Assembly (NCBI GenBank): GCA_043778225.1
Contig: JAYWGM010000093.1
Span: forward strand, 1 to 64,000
DNA length: 64,000 nucleotides
Direction of reading: 5' to 3'
DNA from: Deinococcales bacterium
GTDB lineage: Bacteria; Deinococcota; Deinococci; Deinococcales; JAAFIG01
A program made the position numbers and the translations under genes. Positions 15,001 to 20,859 of the stretch are shown one piece after another (the first letter of the stretch is position 1; every line of letters starts with the position of its first letter). Below the pieces are notes generated by a model. The model was not told the DNA's origin. It made no database searches and worked only from the letters and a program-made list of their open reading frames with translations.

Positions 15001-15548
15001 GTAATAGTGAAATCGCACTTGCAACTACAGAAGCATTTGTTTCAAACAGTGGAAGCCTAACTGCCGTGAGCTTAGTAGACGGGCAGCCTGCTTGGAATTA
15101 TTTAATAAGTAGTTTTTCGGGGTCAAATACATCTTCACCATTAGTTGATAGTGGTGGAAATATCACTTGGATTTCAGAACCTGGAGCAAAATCCTATTAT
15201 GGTTCTCGAGATGCAGTAATTACCACTGTTAGCTCAAATGGCAGTCTAGTGCGTAACGCATCATTTGCTACTCCGATTTTAGGTAGTCTCTTATTTGGGT
15301 CTGATGGTACGTTATTTGTGCCTACAATAAACGGCGTAGTGGCGCTAGATCAGAACTTGCAAACCCAGTGGACTTATAATTCTATCAATGAAAGTTGGGT
15401 CTACGGAACTACAATAACCTCACAAGGATTGCTGCTGGTCAACACATCTGATAAATTACTCGCAATCAATACTGGATTAACAGGATTGCTTGCAACTGCG
15501 CCTTGGGCGAAGGCTTTTGGTAATTTACAGAATATGGGGCGCAATTAG
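3..15548 (+). CDS. Giant (>5,179 aa) repetitive surface/secreted protein: N-proximal VWD-like domain, ~11 Cys-paired beta-sandwich (carboxypeptidase-regulatory-like) pairs and 7 PQQ/BamB-like beta-propeller modules; probably 5'-truncated by the window edge
   Basis: Frame is open to the window start. 'DPHIGTFDG...GLMGSPDG..N' VWD-type motifs; repeated 'LC....D..G.Y.C' units; repeated 'P.IG.DGTIY...L.A.N.DG..RW' blades, each block closed by 'GLA...W....N.N..R'. Confidence 0.85.
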   Translation, partial: PVLTPYVIRKFKIRCGGLMFFNGERIAFPNQTFTFGECDIDNQAFVTGRFPNVKNPRLYIRSALKTLTPNTYSYTLNPSGSGGVGRIFLKPFFLPGITDLIVVDDPDAPKIFDHKRYPIGSKKIIYDMAIDIDSWDTFGRSLLDNPCQYGVEDFWLNNIGKATASARRDPHIGTFDGPRHSVHALGEFDYIRPQDPTVKEPRLQVRHELQRAGQPFAIATALALKYRGHTVEVRANKTPHLWIDGVPTDYKFLELEKGFTVDVDPNTGSGKIYFGNVMTEFQNIGGAFDILARAVQKTPIVGLMGSPDGIPGNNHVGPDGKDAPSSAGEIAFGELWRVPENESQFTYNEGSYTAFNKKNVYLNQLPTPEELAPFLEQARTLLNGTCDTGTSTDAGLEEAALDLYSGMTQLEIMAHLCNYQVFGKVKNRNAPDVPFLGSVVKMTSTQLGTCSIASDATGYFSCTMPPKPGAGVVPKVSLELDGEQFDLTFDRRAKPGEILSIQKDLEVSPTTLRLKGKVLDPEGQPVRLAKIQIQAPGQLRTVTTDENGLYDLYIAFVKSQADRDVLYNITVNSPGLRFTKRAGVRLIAGGLKEVTEDLQLVRSIKFSGQVQNALLPGHSLGGVLTIRRVGGVQLCQVVVQGHTRLGSDEISALNYVSTGGNGASASATYTVGNQSFREYKYDNPDEIPSPAGGYVCTADVSTLGAFDADFELKGDWGTSVTRVQVPAKLAGTSQEEEPFVQDLEGRPAVVRFLGRVLDNAGQPQSLFAGLLTDNKLFAADASFRMGLGSAGFELAAVLKEGIIAGAVRLQSSGAGAAGILYGWKEYLIVGAAVNTVVESVADLRLGERTVAFSGVLKNALTNAAIPGEVVISSPQAGELCRASVAWKTRDNLVPPTVPDGTYSCTATIKQFGDIDVIYQARGAWGDAATALRNVLPAAKSSVAQDIQVNAAVLRVSGVVKNRLGNTVSGALVRVPETSEAFDPLYMASDKSLVASGADGNYGLDLLLKAGVTSGQFDVEASLEGTNSGFGFVTPTFANAQPTAKLPVAANIEISSGRVVKFIGQANNGHLESAPLRGRVVIKHISGTEICATQVEISGQYSCTIVLQSAAAFTVTHTLTGDWGESISEPTSVPEGRANTVSKNLEGLPTTVEVTGRVRDTGDVQVSGGAVTLLGDTGFLSSVSTSEYQTGVRGEYRLVLVLKPNAPRARLEVLARYFKAEGKNLIDIQNVQAGQFKVFNLDLLVARPVQIAGTISNRFVPSMTLPGAIRAKLADGTELCQTTAGTDGKFSCFGRITTSGSVQATYTVESFWGAASQTAMIPAGHAYNTSESSQDLSLPATTVKFAGKLIDTTTNGAPYRGKVKISGFGTVPLELDADNTTGAYAGYSAAPANNPISVLWQARDTANNVAVKTLGVTAAANVVTEVLADLRLETRTPGTARWANLTGGSFLAAPAVGTDGTLYYLGVAGNTLRLYAVAIDGSPRWELDVKDISPNSSEHSAPMIGRDGTIYVAHAGEIIAVRSDASIRWRYVFDVTRGASGMFAATRDRIALLKMAERSDQTNALVLLSSAGVVQKTIDFGAVAVGYLRIGNDGTIYLQAEQQLLAFNPDGSKRWSVENNSPLAIGHSGELYLPTSRGLEVVSANLRPLWQTTFAARQVTVGAVGQIYALNSTQVTSLRSDGTTRWITTTANGTQFRSMTLGNDDLLYVAAERNDPNTNASTGLVIAYKPDGTEAWRFSSPAPMSQITMGVDGTVYGGGDKLYAINSTATAPLNGAWIQHFAGIGNQNAAPANTDARRLIKITGVLNNANLTTQVLENYKVQVNRADGTLFCNAVTDALGRYECSALSSLDAQNLQLEFQGIYGNLQRSISLEAGAADSQVTSQQDASLAVTTLILSGRVVDHEQKPLANASVKLTGQITDTKTTDAQGNFSGIYRFAPDRTRVLASVEVSDGVATVISPLEVVLTPKALTRSEPVITINRFAPGMSRWRTKLPGDVIGSPVTNSIGITYVTTTTAKLVEVKTSGQIGWIVALSAPSSFAPTIASDGTVYVSVGTALEAYTSAGALKWRYTASTALSAPITLDHTDRPVLATRDSITALEITGGLRWKFDTTDAPIQIAIGGDSTIFALSPSGSLRAVSATGQPRWTRAGVGSQFAIAATGHPVFTSNTAITWLDSYGDDARVVTVAGITGKALLALKDGRVVVTTIDQIVIVGSDNVVKSINMTAHGLAIGEDNFIYALHPDQIRGFTATGSETWRATGDPDLVSVPSISNGQLLVVTGKDTLMALNISSQGLASGWSRFGANQMNASRTELQPAVLGRIVKFTGSVANQFNLSQKLAGYEIEIRESSNRLLCRTYSDVTGTYLCASPIVPATSIATKYAVSKRWSDTELDSAELIGAVDAASNGDETPVGKALAVPLTTLRVFGIVKNGDGLILPNATVSIQSQGERETRVTTDNDGKYSAYFSFRPQVRVTSFTVIATNGTENSSLQFEITPVFQQLVAKELNVTIGDRTGGALRWTVPSRSGETNIILDSADAVYLKSGVYTTAGQLQNGFSGGNPIVVSSAGILGEGLSLARSDGTLRWNLSATVYSASPSSDGFHVISIDSARQYRYLNVSGNGVIRETTTIDSGWKVLGSPIVRPDGTALVIAYSPSGVLQFHRFNADGAPQMVSQAQLFLAPNATEINDPLTFQQPVPTSDNGVLLYTKGASSVQLSKLSITGVTIWSVSLSDLPVAAPVIAADGAIKIAVGTSILTFETTGQVRTTINIQPLLSNYSDIFLQGIAIGQDQSLIVTLNANGRMALLVLKPTGEKRWSYERLCATTPQQPSLFARTIRVALDGTVLTTLCSDVVAVTGSTLGLATTNWAAIGRDNQNSSRIEGDGQNRRTIRVIGKVKNSNLLTHLFTRQKVTVTNENNQVICQVLSDTTGLYRCGFDTSNRNAMTWQVKVDDEYGMASQTLTVAAGEFNTRTELEQDLLIPAKTLVLNGTLKLADGSLGIGKLVTFKLGINPAFETTSGNDGKYTFTFVYPNNQMTVTPELRFSDSGQDAIARPLVELTPLITTTFTQDLQLGVQAGGTERWRAALANGSELALAPNGSIRLLTDGYLQALNPDGSLLWRVPEAVGDAKIMVDMDSVTYIARGGFWFAYNPDGTRKYYASNLPNYPIGMTQNAARGFVIAYQNSIVALDRNATEQWRYVPTSGNFTTAPISLLNGNTVVGTTQSVMTLSPTGAVVSSLATPSIQNLILNGDNIILSAGSAIRAIQGTTQAWIFNANAANLAHLVADKDGVMYFSEGNNVVALNKDGLLRWRKDLGMAVGSLVIGQDGVLHVVGQTALVSLNPDGSLRWTTPTTNPKLVIAPVIAADGTIIHSTSTHFIANYTDSRGLASTWARYGANNANTNSFVAVTALNLPRVVKFRGSASNRFIPNSRLEGYEVDITTPDGRLLCNAKTNTNGIYECSSMLEATTVNVQYRIRGVLTTANFTSTVPMGSVAIEHTTNLDVPITTLKIEGTVQDVQLSPQAIINASIAIQTPALTTVTDSSGTYSFYIPYADGITQTNLQITATFAGNSSSSSVTNALTANGLTSINKNFVLDNRVLGAVARTLDLGGSIIGTPVIGSSGIIYVGSTAGVHAINPDGSERWRYSTRRPNSQVRLVPDQSIVFSDGSSVIKLRTDGTQDWLAVGRADVLAIASNGTIYTRTRTQTINGISFNLTALSSTGSLDWLSDVPTEPNAFAIAPDGGLITVSYLGLVIINPNGSKRWSKALPYYLYNPTLTLGKTGIWLVGSAGTLGFDYTGQQIWASSSLNQNSPSTSGLAIDQSESRRFIQDGQLVSTDASGVVQSQVTIPNVQLFTPTLSDDDTTYVLTTSGAVAVGSDNQIKWTYVGTVQSQFALPVAGRSVLLSQGNRLIWVNSSSASLKTNAAWASQQGDTSASRRLPSDGITRRYLEFSGKITHASIPNFAIANATVVVKQNAEVLCSTITTATGDYRCGSPTNLMTTLTATLEVTSTFGSVIGNVNVAAGIANSLTNTNTSLTISPTTVKITGQTLDSAQQPVGGLQIRVLNVPVSNIVTKSDGTVIPLQWSPLDQTSAILLEGDANGNFEVWITLPSDTSTTNFVFKALNPSGGGTANVTVQQNLSSGVLNTVSVPMTLQQTAQRIYGRIEKPNGQAYASTPVRIRSSVFVQAIDASNQSLGTGYEFNVQSNATGQYAITLNYLNEVTSDVRVDLTANIVGNLVEKSVTSTLQQGTVLQKPTDFSFDNTVLGVSNWRLALPNRTSNKSTTPAIANDGTIYSSQANKLIAVESSGIEKWRKDIAVDCRGDYVTPSNPVIRDDGVVLVVGWCTFNSGLSRLHAFSSSGAELWTFNIQGTNGSQIALGTNSTAYVAKNGPNELVAISALGVELWSTTVTLEYNLPGKLLIGPDETIYTIGLDDAYNGNSTITAINLDGSVRWTYSMILGLHSAAIGTDGTLFVAGSRSGYNNPEVSKLIAFLPSGKLSFTKNISNSNGNRTHSLIVLPNNQLLLARERTSTIYNFNGDIVQNLNIGGYAIGADGLIYGRSNDDNGTSAMSLLNVSQWEFLKSGQGAIGTNYLYLQTGDELLAINTGAVGLANTSWASEYKNQFNTSRIPSDGLARRFVKLTGLVKQAANNLPVGGATVVIQMANGDQFCTTTSDGNGNYSCGSPTEEFNAFVLEARVTQSPYGTTVAPVQIPAAASGSTTLLNQDLAVARAQIRFTGIVTDRATPPNPISGAVIQINGDIYGNTTTDSSGLYSLLLDVNRTSITIQLKVNDAANQETRSITISPPAGQITERIENFQFDQMAIGAARWAFKTDGNGSLRYSVPAIDSSGNIYLTNSSGLVVSLSPTGQERWRKTLQGFITTPVIGISGIIFVSDTQKLYAFDSAGIEVWSQSLQNDGAAKLAVTPSGAVIALSKTKIRRFSQAGLLEWTQPVSNGESYSSFSPVVLTNEQVLYCISPYYSGSGLYALNADGSQAWRSTVNCNSEIALATTEAFVSNSGSLTAVSLVDGQPAWNYLISSFSGSNTSSPLVDSGGNITWISEPGAKSYYGSRDAVITTVSSNGSLVRNASFATPILGSLLFGSDGTLFVPTINGVVALDQNLQTQWTYNSINESWVYGTTITSQGLLLVNTSDKLLAINTGLTGLLATAPWAKAFGNLQNMGRN

Positions 15549-15602
15549 AAAGCATTTTGGGATTTGTCGTAATACTTCTCTTGATTTAATAATGTGACAA
15601 TC

Positions 15603-15648
15603 CATTCTTGTTCAGAGCGGACACAATAGTCTGCTTTGAACAAGAATG
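15603..15648 (+). terminator. Long hairpin after the giant gene, probable bidirectional terminator
   Basis: cattcttgttcagagcggac / gtctgctttgaacaagaatg, a 20-bp stem with two G-U pairs, between convergent genes. Confidence 0.65.
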
Positions 15649-15764
15649 AAGGACTGGCAATAAATTTAATGTAAACCTGTTTTTCCGTTACCCAATACTT
15701 GTCAAAAAATAATGAGAAACCAATATGCCTTTGGTCATTTCGATGTTCTCGAGCAGGGTTTAAG

Positions 15765-16046
15765 CTAGACCTTGTTGTACATCGCTAACCAAGTCTCGAG
15801 GTCAAAAAGGCTTTCGAGTCCTCGTGCTTTGCGGCGTAGGTAATGCTCGAGTCGCATATGCACTGCTTGACTCTCGAACAAAACCAAATTCTCAACCATA
15901 TTGCTGCTTGGATCACCGTCCAAGTGATGAACCACTTCGTTATCCTCGAGTAATCGTCCGAGTTTAATGGACATCACAATTCGGTGCTGATAAGCCCCGC
16001 TTTTGGTGATTGGATGAATACTGCGTTTGTAATGACGTTTATTCAT
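15765..16046 (-). CDS. Small HNH endonuclease-domain protein
   Basis: 'YQHRIVM...GRLL...EVVHHLDGDPSSNMVENL...H' is a typical HNH_3 signature. Confidence 0.8.
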   Translation of the reverse strand: MNKRHYKRSIHPITKSGAYQHRIVMSIKLGRLLEDNEVVHHLDGDPSSNMVENLVLFESQAVHMRLEHYLRRKARGLESLFDLETWLAMYNKV

Positions 16047-16107
16047 GACTGGTTTCCGTAGTTATGGCTCGAGAGAATCAATAAACTTGATGTATATGCT
16101 ATAGATT

Positions 16108-16130
16108 ATATTAGCATAGTATGCTAACAT
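16108..16130. promoter_or_regulatory. Palindromic operator-like site between the divergent HNH and relaxase-like genes
   Basis: ttagcata-g-tatgctaa perfect inverted repeat (16111-16127) in an AT-rich intergenic region. Confidence 0.45.
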
Positions 16131-16218
16131 ATGTACAATCAAATTCTATGTATTCCCTGTCAGTCACCATCTCATACCAACTTTTCATTCCGTAGCCATA
16201 ACGCACACATGGAGTCTA

Positions 16219-16998
16219 ATGTTACTTTCCGACGATGCCCGAAGATACGCAGCCAATCAACTAAAAATTGTGCTACGAACCGATCCTGTACTGCCGATCA
16301 ATCACCTCGAGCATCGCCGTGACTTAACGGTTACTCGAGAACGGTTGCACCTATCAGAGCAAGAATGGCTTGATCTATGCCTTGAAGCGCAAATCCATAC
16401 CGCATTGCGCGACACCACCTTAAGTAAAGGCTCGAGAATACGGGAAAAACACTTTTTTGCTTGTGCCTCGAGTAAAACTGCTCAATTAACCCATTGGAAT
16501 ATGCGTCAGCTATCGGGTATGGCAGGAATCCGTTTTAGTTTGGGTATTCACCCCGACCATTGGGAACTAACTGCCTTGCGCCGAACCAATACCCCCAATG
16601 AACCAATCCCCGATGCCATCATCCATCTCGAGCCACGTTGTTTACTCGATAGTAAAAAAACACGAAGCTGGCATGATGCAGGTTTTACTTATTCTGAGGA
16701 TATTGCTGTGGAATGGGATTCTGGTAGTGCCGTCCGCACTCAACTCGAGGCGAAAGTATTGGCATACAAATATGTGGCGTACTACCAACTGTGGGTTGCG
16801 CCAACCCTAGCTCGAGCGATAACACTCCAAGCAATTTGCCTAAAGGTACTTGGAGACGCGACTCGAGTTGGGGTTATGGTGGTGGATTGGCGCACTGGTA
16901 TTTGTAGTGCCGCCACCCTACCAAAACGAGGCACCCGTCTATCCAGCATTCTCGAGCCGACCATGCGGGAGGTGCATAACGCATGGAAATGGAAGTAA
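16219..16998 (+). CDS. Replication-relaxation (Replic_Relax / MOB_C-like) PD-(D/E)xK nuclease
   Basis: 'IPDAII...IAVEWDSGS...QLEAKVLAY' matches the PD...ExD.G...K..Y pattern of this family. Confidence 0.6.
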   Translation: MLLSDDARRYAANQLKIVLRTDPVLPINHLEHRRDLTVTRERLHLSEQEWLDLCLEAQIHTALRDTTLSKGSRIREKHFFACASSKTAQLTHWNMRQLSGMAGIRFSLGIHPDHWELTALRRTNTPNEPIPDAIIHLEPRCLLDSKKTRSWHDAGFTYSEDIAVEWDSGSAVRTQLEAKVLAYKYVAYYQLWVAPTLARAITLQAICLKVLGDATRVGVMVVDWRTGICSAATLPKRGTRLSSILEPTMREVHNAWKWK

Positions 16999-17049
16999 AT
17001 CACTTGCTCTCGAGGATGCTCAGGATCACCGATGACATCGGGGCAACGA

Positions 17050-17257
17050 ATCGGAGACCCGTCGGAGGTAAGGTCGGGTGTTTGAAACTCAAGAGCTTGC
17101 TTCCGCACAGAGCCTTAAACATCCTATTTTGGAAACAAAAGTACCTAAAAACCTGTGGAAATCAGTGTTCTCGAGCAAGTAGTGACTCGAGTCTCCGACT
17201 AACCTCCGATACCCCAAAGTGCATCATCGGAGGTCAATCAGAGGTTAATCGGAGGTC
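17050..17257. repeat. Array of seven RTCRGAGRY boxes in 11-bp register, direct and inverted
   Basis: atcggagac 17050, gtcggaggt 17061; inverted copies at 17191 and 17202; atcggaggtc 17226, atcagaggtt 17237, atcggaggtc 17248. Confidence 0.75.
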
Positions 17258-17388
17258 ATTTCGACCTGTTTTTACTGGTCTCCATGCTAATCAGATAGGT
17301 GAAACACCTTTATCGTCGGCTCGAGAATGTGGTGTTGACATCAGTTTCTCGAGCCAAGAAACTTTTTTTAATTTTGATTGGAGGGCGT

Positions 17389-18198
17389 ATGCCAAGCACG
17401 ACTGATCTTGCCTTAAAGCTGAATTTTGCTAAATCAACTGCTGTGCTATGGTGTGATGCGTTTGATCTGTATGCGACTGAACCGATTAGCCGTGTTGGTG
17501 CTAAACGTGTTCGAAAAATTTCTGATCGTCAATTAGAATTGATTTTTTTGTGCCATCGAGCTTACTCGAATAATCCAATTGCTGGAACTATAGGGACTCA
17601 AATTTGCTCAACACTGGGACAGGAAAGATTCTTGAAAGCTGATTTGCAAAAGGTTTTTGATGCCGAAATGAAAACTCGAGAAAATTCAAAAGCCCCAATT
17701 CAAAGCAAACCAAGCAGCCAAATCCAAGTGCCAAGTCAAGCTGTACAGCCCAGTGTTTCTAGGTCTCGAGGTACGGTCACAGAAATCTCGAGGAGTCAAT
17801 CTGGTTCGGAGAGTCAACAGTTATTTCGGAATTTATTCCAAGAATTTCAGGAACACAGTTCAAAGCAAGCGGCTGGTTTTCAACAAACCATGATTGGGGT
17901 GCTCGAGAAATTCCATACTTTGATCATTGGAGCTGAGGAATCACCCAAACCTCGAGCTAATCAGGAATTAGTGGAGTTCAAAGAAGAGGTTAAATTAGTG
18001 GAATTGGCTTTTAGAAAAAAAGTCTTATTGAACGAAAAAGCTAAGTTTGAACGACGTAATACCCCGTTTGGGCAATGGCTTGACTTCGTGGCGTATCGGG
18101 CATTGCAGTTTTTTGTGATTGGTGTTGTTGTGGTTTTTGCCATTGGAGTACCAGTATTTTTGTATTTCTTAATTGCAGTGTTGTCTCGAGGTCAATAA
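17389..18198 (+). CDS. MerR-like HTH + low-complexity linker + coiled-coil + C-terminal transmembrane protein
   Basis: SD ggaggg before ATG 17389; N-terminal 'TTDLALKLNFAKSTAVLWCDAF...R.RKISDRQLE'; hydrophobic C-terminus 'FFVIGVVVVFAIGVPVFLYFLIAV'. Confidence 0.65.
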   Translation: MPSTTDLALKLNFAKSTAVLWCDAFDLYATEPISRVGAKRVRKISDRQLELIFLCHRAYSNNPIAGTIGTQICSTLGQERFLKADLQKVFDAEMKTRENSKAPIQSKPSSQIQVPSQAVQPSVSRSRGTVTEISRSQSGSESQQLFRNLFQEFQEHSSKQAAGFQQTMIGVLEKFHTLIIGAEESPKPRANQELVEFKEEVKLVELAFRKKVLLNEKAKFERRNTPFGQWLDFVAYRALQFFVIGVVVVFAIGVPVFLYFLIAVLSRGQ

Positions 18199-18254
18199 AT
18201 TGAGCTAAGTAATCCAGCAGTCCAACAAGCAATCATCCCCAAGAAGTGTGACCA

Positions 18255-18557
18255 TCAACGAAAAGGATGCTTAGGTAATTCAAACCCACCTGTTTCAGTT
18301 ACCCCAAGTAACCAGTCGGTACTGACTCCAAGGGCTTGTGCCAGTGCAATGACTTCAAAGTCGTAAACACTGCGGGCATTGGATTCGATTTTACTAATCG
18401 CATTGGTTTGAACTTCAACCCCAATAATATTAGCAATGGCATTGCTTAAATCTTCTTGGGAGAGGGCTGGGAGGTGCATTGACCGGGCGAAACGTAATCG
18501 TTGGGCGATGACGTTGGCTTGTTGTTGGTTGCGTTTTAGTCCGTGTTGTTTTGCCAC
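18255..18557 (-). CDS. XRE-family HTH transcriptional regulator
   Basis: 'IAQRLRFAR...LSQEDLS...AISKIE...R...E..ALAQALGVSTDWLLG'. Confidence 0.9.
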   Translation of the reverse strand: MAKQHGLKRNQQQANVIAQRLRFARSMHLPALSQEDLSNAIANIIGVEVQTNAISKIESNARSVYDFEVIALAQALGVSTDWLLGVTETGGFELPKHPFR

Positions 18558-18664
18558 ACTTGAAACTACAAAGCAATCAAACGAAAATATATGCTTGATA
18601 CGCTGTAATATACTTATGTGGTATATTTTATTATCTTGTTACAAGATTTTTCGTGGAGGACATT

Positions 18665-20623
18665 ATGAACAAAGCAGGGATACTCGTACTGAGCTTACTC
18701 ATCGCATTTGCCTTATCGCTAACCCAAGGACAAGCCCAAACCACCCCACTGACCACCACGCTGACTACCGCCCAAACCACCACATTAACCGCAAAACTCG
18801 AGCGTCAAATCGGACAGGGGCTACTGCTTGATCTGATCTTCTTGAAGGATAATAAAACAATTGTTTCAAGCGGTACTCGAGGACTAACCTATTGGGATGT
18901 TGCCACGCAAAAATTGATTAGAACCATTGATATGGATATGGATGGTTATGTTATGCAAATCACGGTTTCTGAGAATGGCAAGTGGTTAGCCACAGCTAGC
19001 AGTTCAGGGATTGGGTTGTACGAAGCTGCGACTGGGAAACTGATCAGTAAGCTCTTTGAGATCAGTTCTCAAGTCGTGACCTTTAGTCCAGATAATAAGT
19101 GGTTAGCCACAGGCAGTGATGATGGCATTGTTCGCTTGTGGAACATGGCAACCCTTAAGGCATCAGCCCTTGCCGAGTTTTACATTGAAGGCATGGGCAA
19201 AGGTGCGTATCAGGTTAAGCACATTGGTTTTGATCGCCTGTCCAGCTTTTTAATATGTGATGCTGCACCAACCTTTGCTAAGAACTACAATGCTGCTTTT
19301 TTTGCAACTCGCCTTGATAAACGCCAATTTGAACGGGTTAAAGGTGAAGTGGTTGAAGTGGTTGGTATTTTTGAATTTCGTTCCTACCCAACCAATTATG
19401 CTTTTAGTCCAGATAACAAATTGATTTTTGGTGAAGGTACATTATATTCGTATCCTGAATTTGATCAATTATACGAATTTAAAGATTATCTTTACTTTAG
19501 TCCTGATTGGAAAATTGCTGTTCTCAAAAACGGTACGATTGTCAACCCAGCCAATTATCAAAGCATCCTAAGCCTATCCATGCCTGGCTTGGATGGAGTG
19601 CGAAACCGTGAGAAATACATTGGGAATTGGGCGTTTAGTGCAGATGGTCGTTACCTCATCGCCCGGCTTTTGGATCAACGAATGCTGATTTATGATGCCA
19701 AGCGCTTTGTTTTACTCAACGAAATCAAAGGTCATCAACCACCCATGACGACCATTGCCATGCACCCTAAACTGCCCATTGCCGCGCTTTGGGGTCGAAC
19801 CAATGAATTGCGATTCGTTCACCTCGAGACGGGAGAACAACAAGTCCAAACCATTGATCCAGCCTTGGGCTTAAATCTGAACCTACCGATTTTATTCTCA
19901 CCGCAAGGACAGATTTTAACCTCAAGCACTTATGCTTTTAACTTTACTCCAATGAACATTGATACTGATCGTTCAACCATGCCAGTTGAATTACCTGATG
20001 TTGAATGTCCTCGGGCTTGGACGCATGATGAAACACAACTCTTATTTCATTGCGACAACATGATTTATTCAAAAGCAACTGGTTTATACGCTAAAGCCAC
20101 CAATACCCAAGCCACCAGCACACAATTCCAAGCCCGTGAATTCGCCTCGACTGAAGGGGCTGGTTTAGCCAACATCACCACTTCAAAAGACGGGAAATAC
20201 GTGGCTGTAGCCGGTCAAGATGGGGTCGCTCGAGTTTATGATTACGCCACTCAAAAGCTAGTCAGTCGTTTAATTCACCCTTCATCTGTCATTGACGTGG
20301 CATTTTCGAGTAATTCCAAAGAACTCTACACCCGTTCAGTCAATGGTGTCAGTAAGTGGAGCGTAGGAACTTGGAATGAAATCGGTAAGCTAATACTGGA
20401 CCGTAAAACCACGGCTTTTGCCCTTGGAAACAGTAATCTGATTGCCTTAGCGATAGACCTGCGTGGTGAGAATGTATGGTTAGTATCAACGGAAACCATG
20501 AAAATCGTGGGGACCATACGCAATAATTCAAGTGTTTTTGCCTTAGGATTCTCGGCTGATGACCAACGACTGATCGTCTCCTATGACGATGCCAACATTC
20601 GTATTTGGCGTTTACAACGATAG
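18665..20623 (+). CDS. Secreted WD40-repeat beta-propeller protein
   Basis: SD ggagg before ATG 18665; signal peptide; Thr-rich linker; 'FSPDNKWLATGSDDGIVRLWN' WD40 repeats. Confidence 0.85.
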   Translation: MNKAGILVLSLLIAFALSLTQGQAQTTPLTTTLTTAQTTTLTAKLERQIGQGLLLDLIFLKDNKTIVSSGTRGLTYWDVATQKLIRTIDMDMDGYVMQITVSENGKWLATASSSGIGLYEAATGKLISKLFEISSQVVTFSPDNKWLATGSDDGIVRLWNMATLKASALAEFYIEGMGKGAYQVKHIGFDRLSSFLICDAAPTFAKNYNAAFFATRLDKRQFERVKGEVVEVVGIFEFRSYPTNYAFSPDNKLIFGEGTLYSYPEFDQLYEFKDYLYFSPDWKIAVLKNGTIVNPANYQSILSLSMPGLDGVRNREKYIGNWAFSADGRYLIARLLDQRMLIYDAKRFVLLNEIKGHQPPMTTIAMHPKLPIAALWGRTNELRFVHLETGEQQVQTIDPALGLNLNLPILFSPQGQILTSSTYAFNFTPMNIDTDRSTMPVELPDVECPRAWTHDETQLLFHCDNMIYSKATGLYAKATNTQATSTQFQAREFASTEGAGLANITTSKDGKYVAVAGQDGVARVYDYATQKLVSRLIHPSSVIDVAFSSNSKELYTRSVNGVSKWSVGTWNEIGKLILDRKTTAFALGNSNLIALAIDLRGENVWLVSTETMKIVGTIRNNSSVFALGFSADDQRLIVSYDDANIRIWRLQR

Positions 20624-20769
20624 AAACAAGCACCAGTTCGTCAGCCCTTAGATGATCAACAAAGTAAGTACATAAGAAAGACCCAAAGAAACAATTACTT
20701 TTAGGAGGTCAATATGAATTAGAAAACCTGCACGAACTGCTGCACTTAAACTAAATCCACTTAAAACCC

Positions 20770-20842
20770 ATCCCTGTAAACTCGAGACCACCTTGCGTTC
20801 ACAGGGATTTTTCTTTGCCACTCTGCTCGAGTGGCTTTTTTT
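20770..20842 (+). terminator. Two tandem hairpins, the second an intrinsic terminator just upstream of the TnpB-like gene RBS
   Basis: atccctgtaaac...gttcacagggat (20770-20808); gccactc-tgctc-gagtggc followed by T7 (20817-20842). Confidence 0.65.
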
Positions 20843-20859
20843 ATGCCCCTAGGAGAACA

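Noticed and set aside
478..15024. Numerous short alternative-frame and antisense ORFs within the giant gene (and within other long genes)
   Set aside because: Shadow ORFs with no motifs or translation signals
16983..17405. 140-aa ORF from the track
   Set aside because: No recognisable motifs, and it runs across the repeat array and promoter; more likely non-coding
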